Source: Candidatus Stercoripulliclostridium merdipullorum (GTDB lineage Bacteria; Bacillota; Clostridia; Christensenellales; DTU072). Taken from it: a stretch of 64,000 bases of DNA. How positions within the stretch are numbered: position 1 is the first letter of the stretch; every line of letters starts with the position of its first letter. Positions 18,948 to 30,240 of the stretch are shown one piece after another. A model generated the notes under the pieces. The model worked only from the letters and a program-made list of their open reading frames with translations. It was not told the origin of the DNA and ran no database searches. Position numbers and translations under genes: made by a program. The DNA lies in contig DVOH01000024.1 in assembly GCA_018713745.1 (NCBI GenBank), positions 1,116-65,115 on the forward strand, written 5' to 3'.

Positions 18948-20048
18948 TTATGCGTTGGATTTGATCAGATAATCGTAGATAAATCCTTCGAGATCGCCGT
19001 CCATGACGGCGGATACGTTGGTGTTTTCGTAGCCCGTGCGGTGATCTTTGACCAGCGTGTAGGGGCAGAAGACGTAGGAGCGGATCTGCGAGCCCCATTC
19101 GATCTTTTTGATTTCGCCTTTGATCGACTGCGCCATTTCCTGCTGTTCGCGCTCGCGTTTTTCGGTCAGTTTGCTGATCAGCATCCGCATGGCGGTTTCG
19201 CGGTTCTGAATCTGGCTGCGCTCGTTCTGGCACTGTACGACGATGCCCGTCGGCAGGTGCGTGATGCGGATGGCGCTTTCGGTCTTGTTGACGTGCTGTC
19301 CGCCCGCGCCGCTGCTGCGGCAGGTGTCGATCCTGAGTTCTTCGGGGTTGATTTTGATTTCGCCTTCGTCGACGATTTCGGGCATGACTTCGAGGGAAGC
19401 AAAACTCGTGTGCCGCCGCTTGTTGGCGTCGAAAGGGCTGATACGGATCAGGCGGTGGACACCTTTTTCGGCTTTCAGGAAGCCGTAGGCGTTGTCGCCG
19501 TTGAGCTGAAAGGTTACGCTTTTGATCCCCGCTTCGTCCCCTTGCTGATAGTCGAGGACGACCTGCTCGTATCCCGCGCGCTCGGCATAGCGGGTGTACA
19601 TGCGGTACAGCATATCCGCCCAGTCTTGCGCCTCGGTGCCGCCCGCGCCCGCGTGGATGGTCAGGATGGCGTTGTTGGAATCGTATTTTCCGGTCATCAG
19701 GGTTTCCAAAAACAGTTCTTCGGTTTCCTTTTCCAGCCGTTTTAGGATGGATCGGATTTCTTCCGCTTCGCTTTCGTCACCCATCTCTTCAGTCAGATCC
19801 ATCAGTTCGGCGACGTCGTCGATCTCTTTTTCGAGGGCGGTGACGATGCCGAGTTTCTTTTCGATCTGCGCAATGCGTCGATTGACGTGCTTTGCGCCTT
19901 CCATGTCCGACCAGAAGTTTTCGGCATTCTGTTTTTCGCGCAGTTCAGTGAGTTCGGCGTTCAGCTTTTCGGGATCGACCGCTTCGGCAGACGTCTTGAC
20001 AGAGGCGCGCAGTTCGTTGAGTTTTTGACGTTCGTTATAAAAATCCAT
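18948..20048 (-). CDS. prfB: Peptide chain release factor 2 (single reading frame, 366 aa)
   Basis: SPF motif (RISPFDA), GAGGQHVNKTES, WGSQIRSY. Likely start MDFYNE at 20048. Confidence 0.96.
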   Translation of the reverse strand: MDFYNERQKLNELRASVKTSAEAVDPEKLNAELTELREKQNAENFWSDMEGAKHVNRRIAQIEKKLGIVTALEKEIDDVAELMDLTEEMGDESEAEEIRSILKRLEKETEELFLETLMTGKYDSNNAILTIHAGAGGTEAQDWADMLYRMYTRYAERAGYEQVVLDYQQGDEAGIKSVTFQLNGDNAYGFLKAEKGVHRLIRISPFDANKRRHTSFASLEVMPEIVDEGEIKINPEELRIDTCRSSGAGGQHVNKTESAIRITHLPTGIVVQCQNERSQIQNRETAMRMLISKLTEKREREQQEMAQSIKGEIKKIEWGSQIRSYVFCPYTLVKDHRTGYENTNVSAVMDGDLEGFIYDYLIKSNA

Positions 20049-20059
20049 AATATCTTCCG

Positions 20060-20737
20060 CTATTTGTTTTGGTTGTTTTGGGAGGAGCTGTCGTCGTCTG
20101 CGGTATAGCGGGTACGGAATCCGCTGTTGGTAGCAGGGCGCAGATCGTTGGGGAAGGCGGCGTCCATTTTGAGGTCGACGACGATCTTTTGCAGTTTTTG
20201 GGTAATGAAGTAGCAGTTTTCGATGTCGTACAGGACGGTTGCGCCTTCGCGGCTTTTGATGTAAATGTCGCCGACCTTGCAAAGGCGGTCGATCAATCCC
20301 ACTTTAAGGTTGACGGCGGCGATGTCGGCGTAGTATACGTTTTTGAAGTCGATCCCCACGATGCCCGATTTGACGATGATCCGTCGGTCGGTGAAAGCGT
20401 ATGCCAGGTTGCGATGTTGACGGTTTGCCGTGACGATGTGCGAAATCCAGATCCATACCGGCATCAGGTGAATGACGAAAAACACGCCGATTCCGATCAG
20501 AAAGGGCGTCGGAATCTGTGCGCCGAAGCGGCTCAGCATGGCAATGAACGCTCCGTCAAACGCAAGCCAGATCAGCGCGAACGGCATCATTTTCAGGATA
20601 CGGTTGAGGATAAACGCCGACTTTTTCGGCGCGCCTTCCCAAAGAATTTGTTCGCCTTCGCTCAGCACGGCTCCGATCGTGCGCGGAGCGTCTTCGCTCA
20701 GCCCCGGCTTAAAATAGTTTTCGTTGAGTTTTGACAT
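20060..20737 (-). CDS. Membrane protein with a bacterial PH domain
   Basis: LSEGEQILWEGAP, two TM helices, YAFTDRRIIVKSG...GDIYI pattern. Start MSKLNE after SD GGAG. Confidence 0.75.
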   Translation of the reverse strand: MSKLNENYFKPGLSEDAPRTIGAVLSEGEQILWEGAPKKSAFILNRILKMMPFALIWLAFDGAFIAMLSRFGAQIPTPFLIGIGVFFVIHLMPVWIWISHIVTANRQHRNLAYAFTDRRIIVKSGIVGIDFKNVYYADIAAVNLKVGLIDRLCKVGDIYIKSREGATVLYDIENCYFITQKLQKIVVDLKMDAAFPNDLRPATNSGFRTRYTADDDSSSQNNQNK

Positions 20738-20750
20738 AGGATTCTCCCGT

Positions 20751-23429
<2,679 letters not shown>

Positions 23430-23457
23430 AAACTACCTCATGATAAATAGTTGACCC

Positions 23458-23486
23458 TATTATAGCACAAGGAACGGCGTTTGTAT
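23458..23486 (-). promoter_or_regulatory. Putative secA promoter
   Basis: Minus strand TATACA-17 nt-(TGC)TATAAT, with an extended -10. Confidence 0.55.
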
Positions 23487-23574
23487 ACGGATTGACAATA
23501 TTCGCCCGAAAATAAAATCTTGCGCGCGCGGAAAAGATTGCTTCGCGCGTGTTTCTGTGGTACAATGACAGCAG

Positions 23575-26500
23575 ATGTTACCCCGTTGTTTCGGCGCGGA
23601 TGCGCTGGGCGGCGACGTCGCCGCACTGAAATCCACCCTGTCCGTACAAAAAAGTGCGGCTGTTTTTGCTGCCACGCAGAATGCGCGTTATCACCTGACC
23701 GCAGTTACGGGACGGCGGTTTTTGTATGTCGTAGCCGATCGGACGGCGGTTGCGGGGGCGGCGGAATTGCTCGGGGAATATACGGGTGAACCGGTGGTCG
23801 CGTTGCCGCCCGTCGACGAAACGCTGATCAATCAGCAAGGCGTGCCGGCAAGCGTACAAGGGCGGATTGCCGCGCTTGCGGCGTTGAGGACGGGGAAAGC
23901 GCGCGGCGCGGTGATCGCGGCGGAAGGACTGACGCAGTACTTCCCTAAGCCCGAAGCGTTTTCGGGGGGCTTGGTGCGGGCGTCTGTCGGCATCGAACTG
24001 GAGCCTGCCGATCTCGACGCGGCATTGACGGCAGGGGGATATCGCAGGGAAGAAGTGGTCGAGAGCCCCGGCGAATTTGCGCGGCGCGGCGATATCGCAG
24101 ACGTTTGGTGTATGGGCGAAGAGCTGCCGTACCGCATCGAATGGTTTGGCGATACGATTGAGAGTATCCGCGTGTTTGCGCCCGACTCGATGGTGTCGCT
24201 CCGCAGCGTTGCCGAAATCTTAATCACGCCGAAGACGGATACTTTCGTATCTCAAACAACGGCAGACAGTGCCCTGAAACGGCTGAATGCTATCCGACGC
24301 GGAGCAAAACAACGCCTGACGGAAATTCTGGACGAAACCATCGGTCGCCTGAGTGCCAACCCGTCGGACGGGGGGCTTCGGTGGCTGACGCCGTTTGTTA
24401 CGGACGATCTTTGTCCCATCACGGCATACTTCGGCGCGGATGATCTGATCGTATTGGACGAGCCGCGCGCCATAGACGAAAAACTTCGTCTGCACGTCAA
24501 CGCGCACCGCATGCGCGTCAAACATTTTATCGAAGCGGGAGAGGCAACCGAAGCGCATTTCAAAAGTATTTTGGACAGGGACGAGGTTGCCGCTGATTTG
24601 CGGAATTGCCGATTGCTGGGATTTCAGCAGATGACTTCGTCCAACCCGCTGTTTGAACCGCAGGCATTGTTTCAGATCAAAGGACTTGCCTTACCCAAGT
24701 ACAGTTTGCGGCAGGAGGCGCTGATCGAGGATCTCAAAGGCTTCCGCTTAAATCGCGCCAAAGTGTACATCTATGCGGGCAGCGAGCGTGCGGCAAAAGG
24801 AATCGAAGCGTTTTTGTTGGAGCATGACATCGCCCCGCGTCTGACCGACGACCCTGACGCGGACGGCGATATTCTGGTTTTGCCGCAACGGATTTCCCGC
24901 GGATTCAATTATCCGTTTGCCCGCTTGGTGCTGATCGGGACCGACGACGTCGTCCGCAAAGGAGAAACTCCCGTCAAAAGCGAGCGGCGCAAGCGCCAGG
25001 CTTTCGTCATGCCCGAAAAGGGCGATTACGTCGTGCATGAAACGCACGGAATCGGTTTGTACGAAGGGGTGGAAACCGTCGAAACACGGAGCGGAAAAAA
25101 AGACTTTTGCGTTGTTTTGTACAAAGACGGAGACAAGTTGTATCTTCCTGTCGACAAGATGGACCGCCTCGAAAAGTATACGGGCGGCGGTACGCCGCCG
25201 TTGTATCGCCTGGGGGGCAAGCAGTTCGAGCGGGTCAAGGAGCGGGTCAAGCAGTCGATCAAAGGGATGGCGTTTGATCTTTTGTCCTTGTATGATAAAC
25301 GATTGCATGCCAAAGGGCATCGCTACCAACCCGATACGCAATGGCAAAAAGAGATGGAAGAGGCGTTTCCGTATCGTGAGACCGACGACCAGCTGATCGC
25401 CGTACACGAGATCAAAAAGGATATGGAAAGCGGCAAAGTGATGGATCGCGTACTGTGCGGCGACGTCGGCTTCGGCAAAACGGAAGTGGCAATCCGCGCG
25501 ATGTTCAAAACCGTAATGGACGGCAAGCAAGCGGCTTTTTTATCGCCGACCACCATTCTCAGCGAGCAGCATTACAATACCGTCCGAACCCGCCTTGCGG
25601 AGTTCGGCGTGACCATCGACGTTCTCAATCGTTTTGCCGATCCCAAAAAGATTCGCGAAGCACTCGAAAGGATCCGCACGGGAAAGACCGATATCGTCAT
25701 CGGGACGCATCGCGTATTAAGTTCGGATGTCGTGTTTCACGATCTCGGGCTGCTGGTTCTGGACGAAGAACAGCGCTTCGGTGTCGAACACAAAGAAAAG
25801 ATCAAGACGATCAAAAACAACGTCAACGTGCTCAGTCTTTCGGCGACCCCCATACCGCGCACGTTGCACATGGCAATGACGGGGATTCGGGATATTTCGA
25901 CCCTCGAAACCCCGCCGCAAAACCGTCTGCCCGTCGAAACTTATGTGCTGGAATATTCTGACGCCTTGCTGAAGGATGCGGTGTCGCGCGAGGTCGCAAG
26001 GGGAGGGCAAGTGTTCATTCTGTACAATCGTGTGCAGGGGATCGAAGGATTTTACCGCCGCGTGACCGAGTTGCTTGGGGACGGTGTCAAGGTTGTCTAT
26101 GCGCACGGGCAGATGAAACCCGAAGAGCTTGAGGATCGCATCCGGATGTTTTACGACAAGCAAGCCGACGTTCTGATTGCGACGACGATCATCGAAAACG
26201 GCATCGATATCCCCGACGCCAATACGTTGTTTGTCGTCGATGCCGACCGTCTGGGTCTGTCCGAACTCTACCAGCTCAGGGGACGGGTGGGCAGAAGCTA
26301 TCAGTTGGCGTATGCGTATTTTACGGTACGGGAAGGGAAGGTTCTGACCGAAAACGCGACCAAGCGTCTGACCGCCCTGCAGTCCAATACCGAACTGGGT
26401 AGCGGTTTCAAAATCGCGATGCAGGATCTCGAAATCCGCGGTGCGGGTAACGTATTGGGCAGAGAGCAGCACGGCAATATGGAAAAAGTCGGATACGAAC

Positions 26501-27009
26501 TGTACTGCAGATTACTCAACGAATGCGTCGGGGAGTTGCGCGGCGTCACGCCCGAGATCAAACGCGACGTCGAAATCGTTGCCGACGGCGATATGAGTGT
26601 CCCCGACACCTATATCGCCGATCAGTCGATGCGCGTTCGGTTTTATAAACAGGCGGCGATTCTTGCCGATCGCGGCGAGGTCAGACGCCTGATCGAAGAG
26701 CTGAAAGACGCCTTCGGCAAACCGCCGATGGCGGTTCTGCGCTTGATTACCGTTGCGTATCTCAAAAATCTTGCCGCAACCCTCGACGTCAAAAAAGTCA
26801 TGGCAACGCAAGAGGGGTTGGGATTGCAATTTTATGACAACAAGCTCTTTCGTAACGAAAAGGTCTTTGCCGCCCTGGACCGCTTCCGCACGACGGCGGT
26901 ACTCAGTCCCGGCGATCCGCCGATGATCATTTTCCGCAACAAGGGACTGACCGCCGACGAACGACTGAAGACGCTGCGCGAATTTTTGGAAGCTGCGGTA
27001 TTCGGTTAA
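23575..27009 (+). CDS. mfd: Transcription-repair coupling factor Mfd
   Basis: GDYVVHETHGIG (RID), CGDVGFGKTEVA, DEEQRFG, SATPIPRTL, QLRGRVGR, DLEIRGAGN. Confidence 0.97.
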   Translation: MLPRCFGADALGGDVAALKSTLSVQKSAAVFAATQNARYHLTAVTGRRFLYVVADRTAVAGAAELLGEYTGEPVVALPPVDETLINQQGVPASVQGRIAALAALRTGKARGAVIAAEGLTQYFPKPEAFSGGLVRASVGIELEPADLDAALTAGGYRREEVVESPGEFARRGDIADVWCMGEELPYRIEWFGDTIESIRVFAPDSMVSLRSVAEILITPKTDTFVSQTTADSALKRLNAIRRGAKQRLTEILDETIGRLSANPSDGGLRWLTPFVTDDLCPITAYFGADDLIVLDEPRAIDEKLRLHVNAHRMRVKHFIEAGEATEAHFKSILDRDEVAADLRNCRLLGFQQMTSSNPLFEPQALFQIKGLALPKYSLRQEALIEDLKGFRLNRAKVYIYAGSERAAKGIEAFLLEHDIAPRLTDDPDADGDILVLPQRISRGFNYPFARLVLIGTDDVVRKGETPVKSERRKRQAFVMPEKGDYVVHETHGIGLYEGVETVETRSGKKDFCVVLYKDGDKLYLPVDKMDRLEKYTGGGTPPLYRLGGKQFERVKERVKQSIKGMAFDLLSLYDKRLHAKGHRYQPDTQWQKEMEEAFPYRETDDQLIAVHEIKKDMESGKVMDRVLCGDVGFGKTEVAIRAMFKTVMDGKQAAFLSPTTILSEQHYNTVRTRLAEFGVTIDVLNRFADPKKIREALERIRTGKTDIVIGTHRVLSSDVVFHDLGLLVLDEEQRFGVEHKEKIKTIKNNVNVLSLSATPIPRTLHMAMTGIRDISTLETPPQNRLPVETYVLEYSDALLKDAVSREVARGGQVFILYNRVQGIEGFYRRVTELLGDGVKVVYAHGQMKPEELEDRIRMFYDKQADVLIATTIIENGIDIPDANTLFVVDADRLGLSELYQLRGRVGRSYQLAYAYFTVREGKVLTENATKRLTALQSNTELGSGFKIAMQDLEIRGAGNVLGREQHGNMEKVGYELYCRLLNECVGELRGVTPEIKRDVEIVADGDMSVPDTYIADQSMRVRFYKQAAILADRGEVRRLIEELKDAFGKPPMAVLRLITVAYLKNLAATLDVKKVMATQEGLGLQFYDNKLFRNEKVFAALDRFRTTAVLSPGDPPMIIFRNKGLTADERLKTLREFLEAAVFG

Positions 27010-27031
27010 GCCGCGGCACTCTCCCAAACTC

Positions 27032-27060
27032 TTGACAATTCGCCAGGGAGCATCTATGAT
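27032..27060 (+). promoter_or_regulatory. sigmaA promoter upstream of tRNA-Arg
   Basis: TTGACA-17 nt-TATGAT. Confidence 0.7.
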
Positions 27061-27174
27061 AAATACGGTGTCGCGTCGGCATTCCGGTTGACGGTTGCGC
27101 CCGAAACGCAGGGCGAAAGGGGAGGATTTTCAAGCCTTCCGCACAAATCACCGCCCCAAAACGACGTTGAATAT

Positions 27175-27251
27175 GTTTCCGTAGCTCAGTAGGATAGAGC
27201 GTTCGCCTCCTAAGCGAAAGGCCGTGGGTTCGATTCCCGCCGGGAACGCCA
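27175..27251 (+). tRNA. tRNA-Arg (anticodon CCT)
   Basis: Acceptor stem GTTTCCG/CGGGAAC plus GCCA; D arm GCTC-AGTAGGATA-GAGC; anticodon arm TTCGC-CTCCTAA-GCGAA; T loop GGTTCGATTCC. Confidence 0.97.
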
Positions 27252-27259
27252 AACAAACG

Positions 27260-27302
27260 AATCCGAGTTCTGAAGCGATTGCCTTCGGGATTCGGATTTT
27301 TT
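27260..27302 (+). terminator. Terminator after tRNA-Arg
   Basis: aatccgagttctgaag-cgattgc-cttcgggattcggatttttt (stem with G-U pairs and a T run). Confidence 0.7.
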
Positions 27303-27474
27303 ATGCCGTCGAACTGTAGAAAAAAAGTTGTTCGACGGGTAGATTGTTGCGGATAGCGCTTAGATCTTTGTCGTATCACGCTGAAACATCTCGGTATTGA
27401 CGGGATCGGATATGATTGATACAATATAGTCAAGCCGTCAAGGGCAAAGTTTGACTGCATAGAGAGGGGGAAAG

Positions 27475-28020
27475 ATGGAGCGTTTTTCGTACCAAGGAGA
27501 AGTTTTTTATATCAGCGGAACGATGATTGCGGATGCATCGTTTTTGATGCCGCCCGAGTCTTTGCGTGCCGAAATTGCCAAGGCGTATTGTGACGGAAAG
27601 GATTTGTCCGCTTTGTCGGAATCCGAATTGCTCAATGTGTTTCGGCTTTGTAAAGAAAACGGAGCGCTCCGTACTTGTATCGATGCGGGGCAAGCCTATC
27701 TCAATCGGGTGGAAGGTTTTCCGATCGAGGTCCGGCGGATTTTACCGATCATGACCGCCGCGTACCGACAACTCAACGAACCGAACATGGCGATCGCACT
27801 CAATCGCGAAATGCACGGGAAGTACGGCAGAGATGTTTTTTCGGTTCCGCTGTACACTTCGGTTGCGGCGGCGTACTGCGACGTCGGAGATTTTGAAACC
27901 GCCAAAAAAGTCTGCGACTACGCGTACTTTCGTCAGGGCGGCGGAACGGGCGAAAAAAACGAGCTGTCCTTGGTGTATCGAAGGATCTTGAAACAAACGA
28001 CGGGGAGCGGGAGCTTTTAG
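27475..28020 (+). CDS. Hypothetical protein, possibly TPR-like helical repeat
   Basis: SD GAGGGGG and promoter TTGACG-17-TACAAT (27397-27425). MTAAYRQLNEPNMAI and VAAAYCDVGDFETAKK resemble TPR helices. Confidence 0.65.
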   Translation: MERFSYQGEVFYISGTMIADASFLMPPESLRAEIAKAYCDGKDLSALSESELLNVFRLCKENGALRTCIDAGQAYLNRVEGFPIEVRRILPIMTAAYRQLNEPNMAIALNREMHGKYGRDVFSVPLYTSVAAAYCDVGDFETAKKVCDYAYFRQGGGTGEKNELSLVYRRILKQTTGSGSF

Positions 28021-28139
28021 GATAAATCGCCTGAGACATATTTTGTACTACATCGATCAACGTTTGTACAAAACTTGTGATTCGGATTTTTGGGTATTAC
28101 AATAAAGATATCGATCGGAAAAAGGATGAATGAAGATTT

Positions 28140-28976
28140 ATGAAATTCGATTTGAGAGAATCTGCAAAAGATCATGTGCTGATTGTTGCCCATCGCGGGG
28201 TTTCGGGCGGCAATATTCCGTGCAATACGATGGCGGCGTACGAAATCGCCCTGAAACAGGGCGCGGATATGTTGGAGGTCGATGTCAGTTGCAGCCTGGA
28301 CGGCAAGCTGTTTTTGTTTCATCCCCTGATGGAGCATGCCCACCTCAACAAGCCCGTTCTGCTCGGGCTGATGCCGTATGCCTGGGTTAAGCGTATGCAT
28401 TATGTCAATCAGGATAATTGCCGTACGCCGTACGCGATCTGCGATTTCGACGCCTTTCTTGAGACGTTCAAAGACAGGTGCTATATCAATATTGACAAGT
28501 TCTGGTCCAATCCCCAAAAAATTTACGACGCCGTCGTGCGCCACGGAATGATCGATCAGATTCTGGTTAAAAGCAAACCTTCGCTGAAAGTTTACCGCTG
28601 GTTGGAAGAAGTTGCCCCCGAGCTTGCCTATATGCCGATGGTGCGGGAGCGGCATGAGGGGCACGCATCGCTGCTGAAGCGCAACATCAATTATGTCGGC
28701 GTCGAAGCGTTGTTTTCCCGCGAGGACGCGGAAGTCGCCGATCCGACCTGGATTGAAGCCGTCCGCAAAGACAATATTTTGCTTTGGGGCAATACCATCG
28801 TATACAATATGCGGGACTGTATTTCGGCAGGGCACAACGACGATATCGCGTTGACCCGGTCGGAAGACGCGGGATGGGGTTGGATGGCGGATCGCGGATT
28901 CGATCTGATTCAGACCGATTGGCCGATGATGCTGATCGATTATCTCAAGCGAACCGGCCGATACGCTAAGCGTTAA
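28140..28976 (+). CDS. Glycerophosphodiester phosphodiesterase family protein
   Basis: VAHRG, GADMLEVDV, FLFH, C-terminal IQTDWP motifs. Confidence 0.9.
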   Translation: MKFDLRESAKDHVLIVAHRGVSGGNIPCNTMAAYEIALKQGADMLEVDVSCSLDGKLFLFHPLMEHAHLNKPVLLGLMPYAWVKRMHYVNQDNCRTPYAICDFDAFLETFKDRCYINIDKFWSNPQKIYDAVVRHGMIDQILVKSKPSLKVYRWLEEVAPELAYMPMVRERHEGHASLLKRNINYVGVEALFSREDAEVADPTWIEAVRKDNILLWGNTIVYNMRDCISAGHNDDIALTRSEDAGWGWMADRGFDLIQTDWPMMLIDYLKRTGRYAKR

Positions 28977-29069
28977 AAATAAGTATGAAATTAAAAAATT
29001 TTTCGATAACCTGCAAGCGCGGGCGATTTTTGGTACAACGCGGATGCTATAATAGAATCGGAGGTATGT

Positions 29070-29408
29070 ATGAATGCGAAAAAGCCGTTGATTGTGTATG
29101 TACTGAAAGTTCTTGAAAGCAATACCGATCGCGATCATCCCATGACGCAGGTCAAGATTGCCGAGTGGATCGACCCCGTTTTGCCGTGTGATCGAAAAAC
29201 GGTAGGGCGAAACATCAAAACATTGCAAGCCATGGGGTATCCCATCGTCAAAACGTCCAAAGGATTTTATATGGATCGGAGGCAATTCAATGCCGAGGAA
29301 ATCCGTTTTGTCCTGCGAGCCGTAATGTTTGCGGAAGGGAAAGACGAGGAAGAAAAGGTGGAATTATACAAAAAATTGCATCGCGCATTTCAGGTTCGGT
29401 GGTGGTAA
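29070..29408 (+). CDS. Winged-HTH protein resembling the N-terminus of clostridial WYL regulators, without a WYL domain
   Basis: SD GGAGG and extended -10 TGCTATAAT. VLKVLESNTDRDHPMTQ...DRKTVGRNIKTLQAMGYPI...GFY...F..EEI pattern. Confidence 0.7.
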   Translation: MNAKKPLIVYVLKVLESNTDRDHPMTQVKIAEWIDPVLPCDRKTVGRNIKTLQAMGYPIVKTSKGFYMDRRQFNAEEIRFVLRAVMFAEGKDEEEKVELYKKLHRAFQVRWW

Positions 29409-29468
29409 GATCATCGGTTGAGTGTAATTCATACGACGCAATACGAAACAAACGATAAGAGGTGTAAA

Positions 29469-30176
29469 ATGAACGATCTTGCAGACCGCAAAAGAGACAT
29501 AAAAATATATCCTTTCCGCTATCCGGCAGAGAGCATTCAGGATTATGTGAAGCGCCTGCTGACCAGGATGTACGAACACGGAGACTTGCCGAAGGAAGAA
29601 ATCGAACGATTGCAAAATCTTGATTACAGCAAGATCATGTTTGGGATCAATTATCCCCTTCTTATTACCGATTATAATGACATTTTCGATTTGTGCGGGC
29701 ATGCGCGATATTGGATCAATTTTAAGCTTGCGGAAAAATATTATGTGTGCAGTCAATGGTGGAAAGATCACGAACGTCAATATAACTATAATATCGACCA
29801 ATGGGTAGCGCGCATTTTAGACAGAGAGACGCGTACTCCGGTAATGCCAAAGACCCCGTCTTTGGAGGTCGGGAGCTGGGTCAAGCATCAGCAATATGGG
29901 GTAGGAAGAGTGACCGTAATCCGGGAGCGTTGGTTTGAGATTAGATTTCAACAGGAAGAAGCGATTAAACGATTTATATATCCCGATTCGATCACTTCGG
30001 GTGCTGTTTCGATCATAAAAGAAGCGCAGACGAAAACATGCAATATTTATTGTCCTGCTTGCGGCGGGTATCTCGGCGCAATCACCGCAGAAGGGAAAGC
30101 GGCGCTGCGCTGCAGCTGCGGGAAAGAACTTTTTATCAAAGTCGAAACCGATCGCCTCGGCATTACCGTTCGATAG
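29469..30176 (+). CDS. Hypothetical modular protein (unknown N-domain, Tudor-like domain, Zn ribbon)
   Basis: SD GAGGTG before ATG 29469. VGSWVKHQQYGVGRV and CPACG...CSCG motifs; visibly lower GC than the flanks. Confidence 0.65.
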   Translation: MNDLADRKRDIKIYPFRYPAESIQDYVKRLLTRMYEHGDLPKEEIERLQNLDYSKIMFGINYPLLITDYNDIFDLCGHARYWINFKLAEKYYVCSQWWKDHERQYNYNIDQWVARILDRETRTPVMPKTPSLEVGSWVKHQQYGVGRVTVIRERWFEIRFQQEEAIKRFIYPDSITSGAVSIIKEAQTKTCNIYCPACGGYLGAITAEGKAALRCSCGKELFIKVETDRLGITVR

Positions 30177-30191
30177 GCGTACGGTGTAATC

Positions 30192-30220
30192 AAAAAAGCG
30201 ACGCCGATGCGTCGCTTTTT
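30192..30220. terminator. Bidirectional terminator
   Basis: aaaaaagcgacgc-cgat-gcgtcgcttttt between convergent genes. Confidence 0.8.
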
Positions 30221-30240
30221 CCGTTCAACGGGGGGGGGAT

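Noticed and set aside
18816-19745. 309-aa + strand ORF as the target of the XRE-controlled promoter
   Set aside because: Its start codon is the -35 box itself, it crosses a terminator, and it is antisense to prfB.
20049-20282. 78-aa N-terminal extension of RF2 in the ORF track
   Set aside because: Arg-rich nonsense overlapping the PH-domain gene; RF2 homology begins at MDFYNE (20048).
27429-27457. GGGCAAA-containing hairpin as a c-di-GMP-I riboswitch
   Set aside because: It lacks the GNRA tetraloop, receptor and second stem, and is too short.
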